A stretch of 64,000 nt of DNA, taken from Nitrososphaeraceae archaeon. GTDB lineage: Archaea; Thermoproteota; Nitrososphaeria; Nitrososphaerales; Nitrososphaeraceae. The DNA lies in assembly GCA_044870765.1 (NCBI GenBank), contig JBIOZG010000017.1:9628-73627 (forward strand). The letters are read 5' to 3'. Each line of letters begins with the position of its first letter. Positions within the stretch are counted from its first letter, which is position 1. This document shows positions 10,895 to 20,202 of this stretch, piece after piece. The position numbers were made by a program, and so were the translations under genes. The notes under the pieces were generated by a model. It worked only from the letters and a program-made list of their open reading frames with translations. It did not search any database and had not been told where the DNA came from.

Positions 10895-10915
10895 AGCTAG
10901 AGTCTAGCTTAAAAA
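10895..10915 (-). promoter_or_regulatory. nrdJ TATA-like box with adjacent 7-1-7 palindrome (candidate operator)
   Basis: The minus strand reads TTTTTAAGCTAGACTCTAGCTGTATAG-ATG; AGCTAGA-N-TCTAGCT at 10895-10909. Confidence 0.45.
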
Positions 10916-10952
10916 TATTATTTTACAAAAATAATACAATGAAGGTTTAAAC

Positions 10953-13073
10953 TTATTGATTCGGTATTATTATATTGGAAAAATTGGTAGATCCGCAGCT
11001 TTTACAAACTCCGGACGACATAGAAATCTTGGTGCCGCACGAGCTACAAATTTTGTTTCTATATATTGGTCTGAAGAAATTAAAACCGTAAGATTTGTTA
11101 ATAGACTCTATCAATTCGTTATCTTCCAGATCACTAGTATCAACATTGATAGAAACTCCACCATTCAGTAATCCGTCTATTGAGTTAGTTGATTCTATTA
11201 TAGGACCGCTATTTGCAAGTAAATCTCGCCCGTTTATAAGAAGACCCTGTGAATAAGACTTTATCATCATTTTATCACCAGCTTGTCGATACATGTTCCC
11301 ATATTTTTCAGAGTCTAAAGAAGCTAGTCTAGTACTACTGTCATCTGTAATCATAGCAATTCTTATAGAATCATCTCCAACTTGTTTCCCTTGATCTGAA
11401 GCAACCTCAACAGCCGTATGTAATACCTTTTGAATTATTTCTTCTCCGTCAACTTCATGTCCTAGTATATTATAAACCGACTCCCTAACTCCAGTCAGGT
11501 TAATTACCAGATTCATCCTGCTTAATTGCATCATGTGAGTAATGTTGGCCATTACAGGAAGCATTTCTCTTCGAATCATTTCCAGTATAGAGTTCTTTCT
11601 TGCCAAAAGAGCTGAAATAGCTGGCTTTATCATCAATGCTAATCTGGCTCTAAAATAGGTCTCATCTTTATTTGACTGATAAGCTAGTCTTGGCAGATTT
11701 ATTGCCAAGGACTGCAAGCTTACAATCGAACTAGCTTTCTCGTCAGCCGCATTTTTTACAATCCCCATGTGGCTTCTGAAGTTCTTGGATGCGGACAGAA
11801 TTCCACCATTTTTGACGATACTTGGTATCAGATCCGAATTTGTCCCTAGAGACTCGTCCTTACCAACAAGAGATAACGCAATAGTTGGGATAGGCGTGTG
11901 GTCCAAATATTTCATATAGGCCGCCAAAATAGATCTGGTTATAGAGCTTTCATCAAGATAGATAGGAAAAGTAACTACTGGAAAACCCGAAGACGAAAAT
12001 GATCTTGAAATGGATGATGATATAAATACCCTAGAAAATGCAGCCTCTATTGACTCACTACTCTCCTGAATCCTCTTTGAAATGCTAGAAACAAAATTAT
12101 CAAGTATTATCTCCCTTGAAGTTTCTCTACTTAAGACCGAAATTAATACAGGTAGAACCTCTGTAATGTCATCAAGAGTCCGAATTGGTTTCAATCTTGA
12201 AACATTCAAGTATTTTCCTTTAAAGTCTAGACCATTTTCAACGATATTGCGAGTATCGATAAATACGGTGTCAGGCACCAAGTTCCAAAGCCCGGTGTTT
12301 GAAATATTTAGTTCGCCGGCAAGATGCATATCAGTGATATCCTTAGGTAACACGTTGAACAGCAGATTTTCGGAAAAAACTGCAAGAGATGTTTCTGATA
12401 AAATTCCTTCCACTCCATTTTTGCTATATAAAGGATTGTTAAACATTTCAGAGATATCAGAGCCCGGAAGACCTAGTCTAGCTAGTTTTGATCTGAATTC
12501 CTCATAGCCGTGCTCAATTAATATTGAATTAACAGTCTCTCTAATAAGAGAGGAAGTTAGATAGACCGTTTGGAATTTGTAAACTTTGTTTTCCACTTCT
12601 TCAGTAATCTTATGTGCCTGTTCAAGAGGCATATTGGCCTCCCTGACCAATGATTGAGTTATTCTATTTGAATTAAATTCCTCGATTGAATGTCTAGAAG
12701 TTCGCACGTACATTTTGCCGCTTTCAATGATGGATCTTTCTTCAATTTGTCTTGCCAGACTTAAGACAAGTTTTCCGAGATTGGTAATCGTATATCTCCT
12801 TTCCGCCTTATTTAATGCGACAAGAGACTGCCTCAAGAGCTTCCTTAAATGGTAAGCAAATTTACCTGATTCCTTTTTAGATTTGAAACCAGCTAACGAC
12901 TTTAATTCAGAATAAGTTAAAGGTCCTTTTGAATTTAAAATTCGAAGTATATCGATTCTGTTAGGACTCGCCATAACAGAGAAGATCATTCTAACTCTTT
13001 TTGCTGCTTGTAAAATGCCACTAGGCTTAGTTTCAGTTTGAGTTATTAGATCATGGCTTGCCTCTATCTCCAT
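10953..13073 (-). CDS. ArsR-type HTH / ATP-cone / degenerate class III RNR (NrdD-like) fusion protein
   Basis: N-terminal wHTH (SPNRIDILRIL...GKFAYHLRKL); ATP-cone (YVRTSRHSIEEFNSNRI); NrdD-like LPKDITDMHLAGELNI and AINLPRLA; terminal CSSC..CKSC; no RxxGY loop. Confidence 0.85.
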   Translation of the reverse strand: MEIEASHDLITQTETKPSGILQAAKRVRMIFSVMASPNRIDILRILNSKGPLTYSELKSLAGFKSKKESGKFAYHLRKLLRQSLVALNKAERRYTITNLGKLVLSLARQIEERSIIESGKMYVRTSRHSIEEFNSNRITQSLVREANMPLEQAHKITEEVENKVYKFQTVYLTSSLIRETVNSILIEHGYEEFRSKLARLGLPGSDISEMFNNPLYSKNGVEGILSETSLAVFSENLLFNVLPKDITDMHLAGELNISNTGLWNLVPDTVFIDTRNIVENGLDFKGKYLNVSRLKPIRTLDDITEVLPVLISVLSRETSREIILDNFVSSISKRIQESSESIEAAFSRVFISSSISRSFSSSGFPVVTFPIYLDESSITRSILAAYMKYLDHTPIPTIALSLVGKDESLGTNSDLIPSIVKNGGILSASKNFRSHMGIVKNAADEKASSIVSLQSLAINLPRLAYQSNKDETYFRARLALMIKPAISALLARKNSILEMIRREMLPVMANITHMMQLSRMNLVINLTGVRESVYNILGHEVDGEEIIQKVLHTAVEVASDQGKQVGDDSIRIAMITDDSSTRLASLDSEKYGNMYRQAGDKMMIKSYSQGLLINGRDLLANSGPIIESTNSIDGLLNGGVSINVDTSDLEDNELIESINKSYGFNFFRPIYRNKICSSCGTKISMSSGVCKSCGSTNFSNIIIPNQ

Positions 13074-13083
13074 CTCACCCGAT

Positions 13084-13105
13084 ATTATCTTGAGATAATT
13101 TAAAA
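13084..13105 (-). promoter_or_regulatory. TATA-like box with adjacent 7-2-7 palindrome upstream of the HTH-NrdD gene
   Basis: ATTATCT-NN-AGATAAT at 13084-13099 abuts TTTTAAAT (minus strand, 13098-13105); GGGTGAG lies immediately before the ATG. Confidence 0.4.
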
Positions 13106-13188
13106 TTGGGTCGTAAATAGTTATTGACTAACAGTACAAAACAATTAACCCACTAAACAATATACCAACTTATGTTAGAAAATCAAAT

Positions 13189-13791
13189 TTAGATCATAAC
13201 TTCATTTTCCTCTAATAGGGATTCTAATTCATTCCTATTTTTCAACACATTAATTGTAGCAGGTATGTCGGGTAGCTTTTGTCTAGTCTCTTCTTCAACA
13301 CTCTCTTCAACTTCTCCTAAAATCCTTAGCGCCTCCTCGTCTACGGGCATAGATATTTTAAGCTCGGGATTGACATTGAAATTCAAAATTTCAGATGAAG
13401 CGTTTGTAACATCGTTTAACACCTCATGCGCAGTGGGGATCACCATTGAAATATCTCTCTCGATATCTTTTATCAAATCTATAGTTGGATTTATCGTATC
13501 CATGATAATTGCAAATTCACCTATTATTGTAGATCGGAGAGCTACGACCTCAAGGGTCATTACCATATTTTTTGTAGTGTGTTGGATTCTATGTATATTT
13601 ACAAGCTCATTAGCTAATGCCTTGGCGCGAACATTATTACCAACTTTAATGTTTTGTACAATTTGTTTTCTAAAGTGAGTATCCATAATGTCAAATTTCT
13701 TTGAGAGCTTGTTTAATTTTGTAATCTGATTACTAATAACTTGAGCAGCACTAGACAGATCATTCTGAAGCTGTGTATTATGCTGCATCAA
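13189..13791 (-). CDS. CdvB/ESCRT-III (Snf7-like) paralogue
   Basis: Helical protein with RAKALANELVNI, VDEEALRILGE and KLPDIP motifs typical of thaumarchaeal CdvB paralogues. Confidence 0.75.
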   Translation of the reverse strand: MMQHNTQLQNDLSSAAQVISNQITKLNKLSKKFDIMDTHFRKQIVQNIKVGNNVRAKALANELVNIHRIQHTTKNMVMTLEVVALRSTIIGEFAIIMDTINPTIDLIKDIERDISMVIPTAHEVLNDVTNASSEILNFNVNPELKISMPVDEEALRILGEVEESVEEETRQKLPDIPATINVLKNRNELESLLEENEVMI

Positions 13792-13932
13792 TAAAAATAA
13801 TGTTTTGCATGAATGTAAGAATAATTGTCAGTGTCTGTCAACAAAGAAGTAACATAAAGCTAATCTAAATGATTTCTAGTATATTTCGAAACCTTCTGGG
13901 GCTAAAGAAAATATGGACTTAATAATATGCAG

Positions 13933-14319
13933 TTAGTCTGCTTGTTTTTCTAATGTAAGGCCATGTTTGGCATCATATCCTTTTACGCTGACCGTTGAGC
14001 CTATCGGCAAATCAGATGGTATTTTAATTCCTGGCAGAAAGCCTGAAGCTGAAAATGGAGCATCCTTCAGCTTGAAGACTACCCAGGCATATGAGTTGAC
14101 ATCCTCAAAACCCTCGGGAGCTACTGACTGAATCGTATGAGTCACTACTGTGCCAATGCCCGGAAATTCAACAAATTCAAAATCACTTTTGGAGCACCCA
14201 CTGCAGTAATACATTGTCTCAAGCATAACTTTACCACAGTTCTTGCATTTATTGGCGAGAATATTTCCATTCTTTGCTGTCTCAATGAATCTCTCATGTG
14301 TACTGGAATTTTTATCCAT
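13933..14319 (-). CDS. DUF35 Zn-ribbon/OB-fold protein (thiolase partner)
   Basis: KCKNCG...YCSGC then GTVVTHTI OB fold; directly downstream of the thiolase. Confidence 0.9.
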   Translation of the reverse strand: MDKNSSTHERFIETAKNGNILANKCKNCGKVMLETMYYCSGCSKSDFEFVEFPGIGTVVTHTIQSVAPEGFEDVNSYAWVVFKLKDAPFSASGFLPGIKIPSDLPIGSTVSVKGYDAKHGLTLEKQAD

Positions 14320-14334
14320 TCTATTTCACCAAAA

Positions 14335-15492
14335 TTACACTTTTTGAAAGATATGAACTGCTGCACTTGCTCCAGTAGCACCAAAGTTATGGGTCAAGGC
14401 TATCTCAGCATTTTCTACAGTTCTTTCTCCAGCTGCTCCTGTGAATTGTTCGAAAACTTCGACAACTTGTCCGACGCCAGTCGCGCCAATTGGATGACCT
14501 TTGGATTTTAGTCCCCCTGACGGATTAATTGGGATCTCACCGTTACGTCTAGTTATTCCTTCCTTTGCAGCAATGCCACCAGTACCCTTTTTAAAAAATC
14601 CCAAATCTTCAATATCAATAATTTCTGCAATGGTAAAGCAATCATGAACCTCTGCAAAATCAATGTCTTTAGGAGTCACTCCTGCCATCTTGTATGCTTG
14701 GTTTGCAGCAATTAGCGTACTTGGTATTGTCGTGATATCCTCCCTCGATTGTACTGCAGCAGGCGAACCACCTCTTCCTGAACCAATTACTTTTACGTAA
14801 TTGTTACCATTCTTTTTTGCAAAGTCTTCACTGCACAAGATGACAGCGGAGGCACCATCAGAAAATGGACAGCAATCGTATACCTTTAGGGGTGATGCTA
14901 CAACTGGCGAGTTCAAAACATCATCTACTGTGATTCTTTTTCTAATGTGTGCCTTTGGATTTAGCAATCCATTTTCATGATTTTTAACTGCGACATGTGC
15001 CAAGTCCGCTTCTGTCGCTTTGTATTTCGTTAGGTAAGCTCGGGCAATAGACGCAAACAAACCCGGGAAGGAAGCACCATTTCCCCCTTCATAAAAAAAG
15101 TCCGAACAATATGAAAAGAGTGTGGTACTAAGAGCAGTTCCAGTATGAGTTACCTTTTCTACACCAACGGCCAACACACAATCGTAAAAGCCGGCAGCGA
15201 CGTTTGCGTAGGCCTCTCTAAACATCACAGACCCTGAACCGCAAGCAGATTCAATTGTTAGCCCTGGGATGTGAGGAATTCCAAGGTTGCTCATCAATAC
15301 AGGCGCCATATGTACTTGTTTGTCCGCAACTCCAAACACATTAGAGATATAGCCTGCCTGGATATCTTTTGGTGTAATTCCAGCTGAATCAATCGCGCCT
15401 TTTGCCGCATCTAGTCCCAACTCAATGACGCTTTGACTTAGTTTACCATATTTCGTACTGCCAGCCCCAAGAACGCATACACTATTTACCAT
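14335..15492 (-). CDS. acetyl-CoA acetyltransferase (thiolase)
   Basis: ESACGSG catalytic Cys; AEVHDCFT, NPSGGLKSKGHPIGATG. Confidence 0.93.
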   Translation of the reverse strand: MVNSVCVLGAGSTKYGKLSQSVIELGLDAAKGAIDSAGITPKDIQAGYISNVFGVADKQVHMAPVLMSNLGIPHIPGLTIESACGSGSVMFREAYANVAAGFYDCVLAVGVEKVTHTGTALSTTLFSYCSDFFYEGGNGASFPGLFASIARAYLTKYKATEADLAHVAVKNHENGLLNPKAHIRKRITVDDVLNSPVVASPLKVYDCCPFSDGASAVILCSEDFAKKNGNNYVKVIGSGRGGSPAAVQSREDITTIPSTLIAANQAYKMAGVTPKDIDFAEVHDCFTIAEIIDIEDLGFFKKGTGGIAAKEGITRRNGEIPINPSGGLKSKGHPIGATGVGQVVEVFEQFTGAAGERTVENAEIALTHNFGATGASAAVHIFQKV

Positions 15493-15569
15493 TTATATAA
15501 AAAATATTACTTTGAGAATATAAAAATGTTCGAGAAAACCCAAAGATCCGAAAAACAGAATGAGCAACA

Positions 15570-17789
15570 TTGTACTACAACCCGTATCTTTTAGTATTTT
15601 TGAGGACCCAAAATCTAAATTATAATGACTCCAAAGTATTTTTGAAATTGCCAGGAGAATTTCAATTAGAGCCCGGACAGTATCAAGTAGTAATTTGCGA
15701 AAAACCCCTTGCAGCAAAGAGAATATCTGAAGTCCTAGGATCTAAAAAATTGACAAAGAGAGAACCCGCGCCTGGTGTAGTTATTTTTGACGTTATTTCA
15801 GATGATGATCAACGCTATATCGTTTGCTCTGCACTAGGACATTTATATAGCATATTTCCAGTAGAAAAAAATCGAAAAAAGTATCCAATATACGATGTTA
15901 AATGGTCCCCACGATATTCAAAAATTGTAAGAGAGAAGGAAAGGATTTCTCAAACCTTGCAAATTATATCAAATATTTCACATGGCGCTTCTGGATTTAT
16001 TCATGCCTGTGACTATGATCTTGAGGGAGAATTAATTGGGTACAATATTCTTCAATTAGCTTGTGACAATAAGTATGAAGTTTCAAAAAGGGCCAAATTT
16101 TCATCTCTTACCGATTCTGAATTAACCAAATCATTTAGGAATTTACAACTTACCAATATAAGAAATGCTAATGCAGGAAAAGCTAGACATCTAGTCGATT
16201 TTATTTTTGGAATAAATCTGTCTAGGGCACTTGCTACTAGCCTCAACGTTACCAATCACTATAACAAGTATTATAACTTGACCATTGGAAGAGTCCAAGG
16301 GCCTACCCTGAGATTTGTAGTAGATAGAGAGATAAAAATTAGTGGGCATTTGCCCGATCCTATGTGGTACATTACAGGAAAATTTGAGAAAGATGGTTCT
16401 TTCTTCAAAGCTAATTTGATTTCTGTAATTCATAATTCATCTGACACAGAGAAAATTCTATCTGCTTGCAAAAGTCAGAGGGGTACTATTGACAATATTG
16501 TAAAATTTGATAAAATCATTAGTCCCCCAACGCCATTTAATGTTAGTAATCTACAAAAAGAAGCTTATCGAATTTTCAAAATGTCGCCTGCCACGACCCT
16601 TTCGATAGCAGAATCACTTTACCTAGCTGCGTTAATTTCATACCCCCGTACTTCAAGTCAAATACTTCCTCCTTCGATAGGATACAAACAGATACTAGAA
16701 CGGTTAAAAATGAATTATTTTCAGACGAATGAAAATATTGTAAATGACATATTGAAAAGAGAATATTTGGCTCCCTATCAGGGTAAGGAAGAAGATCCTG
16801 CCCATCCAGCTATTTATCCTACCGGTGTAAAACAAAAGAAACTTAGCATCCTCCAACGAAAAATCTTAGATCTCATTATAAAGAGATTCTTATCTACCTT
16901 TGGAAACAGTGCTTTAACAAAATACAGCGAAGTGACGATAAATGTAAATGGATATTATTTTCTAGCTAAGGCTAAGGGTATCTTGAATGAGGGTTGGATT
17001 CCTCTTTATGAACCTTATTTTAGTATCAATGAATCGAATTTGCCGGAACTTAAAATAAGTGAGCCTATAAAGGTAAATGAAATCAAAGCATCAGAAGATT
17101 ATACGAGACCTCCTGCCAGATATAACCAGGCAAGCCTTTTGGATAAAATGGAATCCGAAGGAATTGGAACAAAATCTACCCGAGCTGCAATAATAAATTT
17201 ATTAATAAAACGCAAATACATCTTTCAAGACAAGAACGGAATAGAACCGACGGAATTGGGGTTTACTATACTCAATACGATGAAAAAATTTGTTTCTGAG
17301 ATTATTTCGACTAAATTGACCAGCTCCCTCGAGTCCAGCATTAAAAAAATACAGGAAGGAGATCTTGAAATTGGTGACGTTCGTGTTTACTTAGAAAAAG
17401 TATTGTCGAATCCCATAAATGAGTTTAAATTGAATGAATCTACGATTGGGGATGAAATAAAGAATGTATTGACTAGTTTTGAAAATAAAGTGTCAGTTGG
17501 AAAATGCCCGAAATGTCAAAAAGGCGAAATGATCCTTATCAGGTCATCTAAAACCAAAAAACGATTCTTAGCCTGTTCCCAATATAGAGTAACTGGCTGT
17601 AATGCAATGGCGGCGGTCCCCCAAAAGGGTCTGATTAAAAAGGATGGCACTTGCCATTGTGGATGGCCGATCTTGCGCATTATGTTTGCAAGAAAAAAGT
17701 TGTGGACAACATGTGTGAATAGAATTTGTTCAACAAACAGACATAATATTGCTCATCATTATGACTCGGAATCAAATGCTCTGATATAA
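15570..17789 (+). CDS. topA: type IA DNA topoisomerase (true start probably somewhat downstream)
   Basis: Toprim CEKP and DYDLEGE; GRVQGPTL; active-site ISYPRT; GIGTKSTR; C-terminal Zn ribbons. Confidence 0.92.
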   Translation: MYYNPYLLVFLRTQNLNYNDSKVFLKLPGEFQLEPGQYQVVICEKPLAAKRISEVLGSKKLTKREPAPGVVIFDVISDDDQRYIVCSALGHLYSIFPVEKNRKKYPIYDVKWSPRYSKIVREKERISQTLQIISNISHGASGFIHACDYDLEGELIGYNILQLACDNKYEVSKRAKFSSLTDSELTKSFRNLQLTNIRNANAGKARHLVDFIFGINLSRALATSLNVTNHYNKYYNLTIGRVQGPTLRFVVDREIKISGHLPDPMWYITGKFEKDGSFFKANLISVIHNSSDTEKILSACKSQRGTIDNIVKFDKIISPPTPFNVSNLQKEAYRIFKMSPATTLSIAESLYLAALISYPRTSSQILPPSIGYKQILERLKMNYFQTNENIVNDILKREYLAPYQGKEEDPAHPAIYPTGVKQKKLSILQRKILDLIIKRFLSTFGNSALTKYSEVTINVNGYYFLAKAKGILNEGWIPLYEPYFSINESNLPELKISEPIKVNEIKASEDYTRPPARYNQASLLDKMESEGIGTKSTRAAIINLLIKRKYIFQDKNGIEPTELGFTILNTMKKFVSEIISTKLTSSLESSIKKIQEGDLEIGDVRVYLEKVLSNPINEFKLNESTIGDEIKNVLTSFENKVSVGKCPKCQKGEMILIRSSKTKKRFLACSQYRVTGCNAMAAVPQKGLIKKDGTCHCGWPILRIMFARKKLWTTCVNRICSTNRHNIAHHYDSESNALI

Positions 17790-18613
17790 TTTTTGTAGAC
17801 ATCCGTTCTTCTATTCTCCAAGACTGGAAGTGTTCTCCTTACGGTATCTATTCTAGAGTTATCTATATCCAAAATTTCCATCCCTTCTCTATTTCTCATG
17901 TCAATGAGGGTCGCACCAAATGGTTCAATCACCATGCTGTGACCGCAATAAATATTACCAAGTTGATTTGGTGCAATCACATAAACGCCATTTTCTATCG
18001 CTCTTGATTTTAACATAATTTCCCAGTGTTCCTGTTTCATAAATCCATCTACCCAAGCAGAGGGGGATACGAGAATGTTAGCGCCGTTAACAGTGAGTAT
18101 TCTGGAAATTTCTGGAAACCTCATATCATAACATATTTGCAATCCAAGATTGCCTACAGATGTTCGAGTTGGTTTCTCAATAATATTGCCGGCTAATAGC
18201 TTCTTAGATTCTTTGAATCCTAACGCATCGTAAAGATGAATCTTCCTATAAACGGATTGTATTTTTCCGCGCTCATTGATGATTACAGCTGTATCAAAAA
18301 CCTTTTGATTCTGTTTATTGGTATTGATAATTTCATATATTGTTGCTACCACATTTATCTTATTTTTTTTGGCGGAATTTGACAGCGCTGATATGAAGTC
18401 GCCATTTATTTTTTCGGCAATCTCATGTAATGTTTCTGGTTTTTGTTCTTCTGGAGAATAAGCCATCTGAAACTCTGGAAAGCAAATTAATTGGGCCTTT
18501 TTCTGTGCAGCTCTACCTATTAATTTTAAAGAATAAGACAAATTTTTATTCTTATCAACTGACGATTTCATTTGAACTAATGCAGCTCTAAATTTTTTCT
18601 TCACCCAGTTCAC
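17759..18613 (-). CDS. carbon-nitrogen hydrolase (nitrilase/Nit family)
   Basis: E-K-C triad motifs FPEF, YRKIHLYD and ICYDMRFPE; SRAIEN. Confidence 0.92.
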   Translation of the reverse strand: MNWVKKKFRAALVQMKSSVDKNKNLSYSLKLIGRAAQKKAQLICFPEFQMAYSPEEQKPETLHEIAEKINGDFISALSNSAKKNKINVVATIYEIINTNKQNQKVFDTAVIINERGKIQSVYRKIHLYDALGFKESKKLLAGNIIEKPTRTSVGNLGLQICYDMRFPEISRILTVNGANILVSPSAWVDGFMKQEHWEIMLKSRAIENGVYVIAPNQLGNIYCGHSMVIEPFGATLIDMRNREGMEILDIDNSRIDTVRRTLPVLENRRTDVYKNYIRAFDSES

Positions 18614-18666
18614 CTTAAGAATATTATAAACCTCTATCTAACGCAAGTCTTAATAACAAAAACCAT

Positions 18667-18876
18667 TCAATCCCTCTCAGCAGAATATGCTTGTTTCTTC
18701 TGTGAATAACCTCTTTCTTCCAGAAAATCCCAATTCTTACCACATATGACGCAGGTAATTCGATTTTCATTATTCATTAATTCCAGCTCATAATGGCTAC
18801 ATCTAATTTGATATTCTTTTTTCATCGAATCCATTTCCCTCAATGTGTTTATGTGCCTCACAGAGTTTTCCGTCAT
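18667..18876 (-). CDS. small putative Zn-binding protein
   Basis: CSH...CVICGKNW in 69 aa. Confidence 0.55.
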   Translation of the reverse strand: MTENSVRHINTLREMDSMKKEYQIRCSHYELELMNNENRITCVICGKNWDFLEERGYSQKKQAYSAERD

Positions 18877-19021
18877 GTAATGAAATACCCAACTTGGTTA
18901 CTTTTATCTTTCTTTTCATCTCCCCACCTCTCAGATAATTGCAATTCTAGCACTAAACAAAACCATTTGATACAAGAAAAGTTGAGTAAATTTGATAAGC
19001 ACCAATATCAGATAATAGATT

Positions 19022-19129
19022 ATGAAAAAGTGTCCAATATGCGGTTGTACACAGCACAAACTATTTGGTTGTGGAAGACATTGGCTAAATCACAAAAAAA
19101 ATAGTGATGGACGTTGTCAAGAAAAGTGA
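19022..19129 (+). CDS. 35-aa Cys/His-rich microprotein (not in ORF track)
   Basis: MKKCPICGCTQHKLFGCGRHWLNHKKNSDGRCQEK; ATG start and CPxCG motif. Confidence 0.5.
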   Translation: MKKCPICGCTQHKLFGCGRHWLNHKKNSDGRCQEK

Positions 19130-19137
19130 ATTTTGAA

Positions 19138-19737
19138 TTATTTTATTTCGTACAATGCTATAGATAATTTCAATGCCATAGTATCGTCTGTTTTTTCTGC
19201 GAGAGGCAGTATGTATTTCTGCGTTTCTTCCTTATATCGTAGTGCCTTTTCCTTCTTCCTGTTATTCTTCAAAAATCGGGCGTTGTCTAAACGATCGGCA
19301 ATTTTTATGAATCGAGGCATTTTTGGACCTTTTGAAATGTTATCAAAATAATTGACAAGTAATTTTTCTCTGTTTTCTTCATTTGTTTTCGGTTCAGTCA
19401 AGCTCCTAATGGTGTCGTAAACACTTTCTCCAAAATTCAATTTCAATTCTTCAACAATTTCATTGACGTCCTTACCTTTGTCAATGGCATCGTGTAGAAT
19501 AGCTGCACAAATTGTATCTACGTCTCTAACCTTTAGTTCATCAGATAATATTAATGCCACCTTCATGGCGTGATTGATGTAGGGCTCCTGACTTTCATTT
19601 CTGAATAGTCCTGAATACACATTAGCAGCGAAACCAAAAGCCTTAGTAATCTTCACAACATCATTAAGGTCTTCTCCAAATGGTTGAATTAACTTGGTAA
19701 AAGCTATTTTCGTAAAATTATTCAAATTCCATTGCAT
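19138..19737 (-). CDS. HD_4 domain protein (RelA/SpoT hydrolase / Mesh1-like)
   Basis: R...EPYINH, AAILHDAID, FGESV...LTE, IKIADRLDN. Confidence 0.85.
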   Translation of the reverse strand: MQWNLNNFTKIAFTKLIQPFGEDLNDVVKITKAFGFAANVYSGLFRNESQEPYINHAMKVALILSDELKVRDVDTICAAILHDAIDKGKDVNEIVEELKLNFGESVYDTIRSLTEPKTNEENREKLLVNYFDNISKGPKMPRFIKIADRLDNARFLKNNRKKEKALRYKEETQKYILPLAEKTDDTMALKLSIALYEIK

Positions 19738-19791
19738 ACTTATTCACTTACCTAATCAATTAATTATTTTTAAATAGTTTCTCAAATACTA

Positions 19792-20202
19792 ATGAGTAAA
19801 CATATTCAATCTTATTCTTCTATCGATAATACAATTGACAAGATGACCGATATTGAAATGAATGAAACGGAGTGGTACTTCAGAGATTTCATGTTTAGAA
19901 ATTATAATACAGGAGTATTGCAATTTGATATAGAACATATCGCTGGCAACATGGTTAAAACTTATCTCAGGTATAGAAATGCAGAACCAGGGCATATTGC
20001 TTCAATCTTAAAAGTAGTACTGGAAAATCTAATATCATGTAAATTCCTAGAACGGCGAGATAAATTCGTAAGAATAAGAGATGGTATATCGCGCCTGCAA
20101 TGTCGTAATTGCTATTACACTTGTTATCTTGGAAATTTGGAAGAAAGGCTCTGTTTAAGGTGTAAAAGTAATGAATTACGTACGTTCCCTAAAAAAAGTT
20201 GA
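19792..20202 (+). CDS. hypothetical protein with C-terminal Zn ribbon
   Basis: CRNC...CLRC; wHTH-like N-terminal part. Confidence 0.7.
   Translation: MSKHIQSYSSIDNTIDKMTDIEMNETEWYFRDFMFRNYNTGVLQFDIEHIAGNMVKTYLRYRNAEPGHIASILKVVLENLISCKFLERRDKFVRIRDGISRLQCRNCYYTCYLGNLEERLCLRCKSNELRTFPKKS

Noticed and set aside
10953-13073. Functional anaerobic ribonucleotide reductase (nrdD)
   Set aside because: No glycyl-radical motif, no catalytic Cys, and no nrdG nearby
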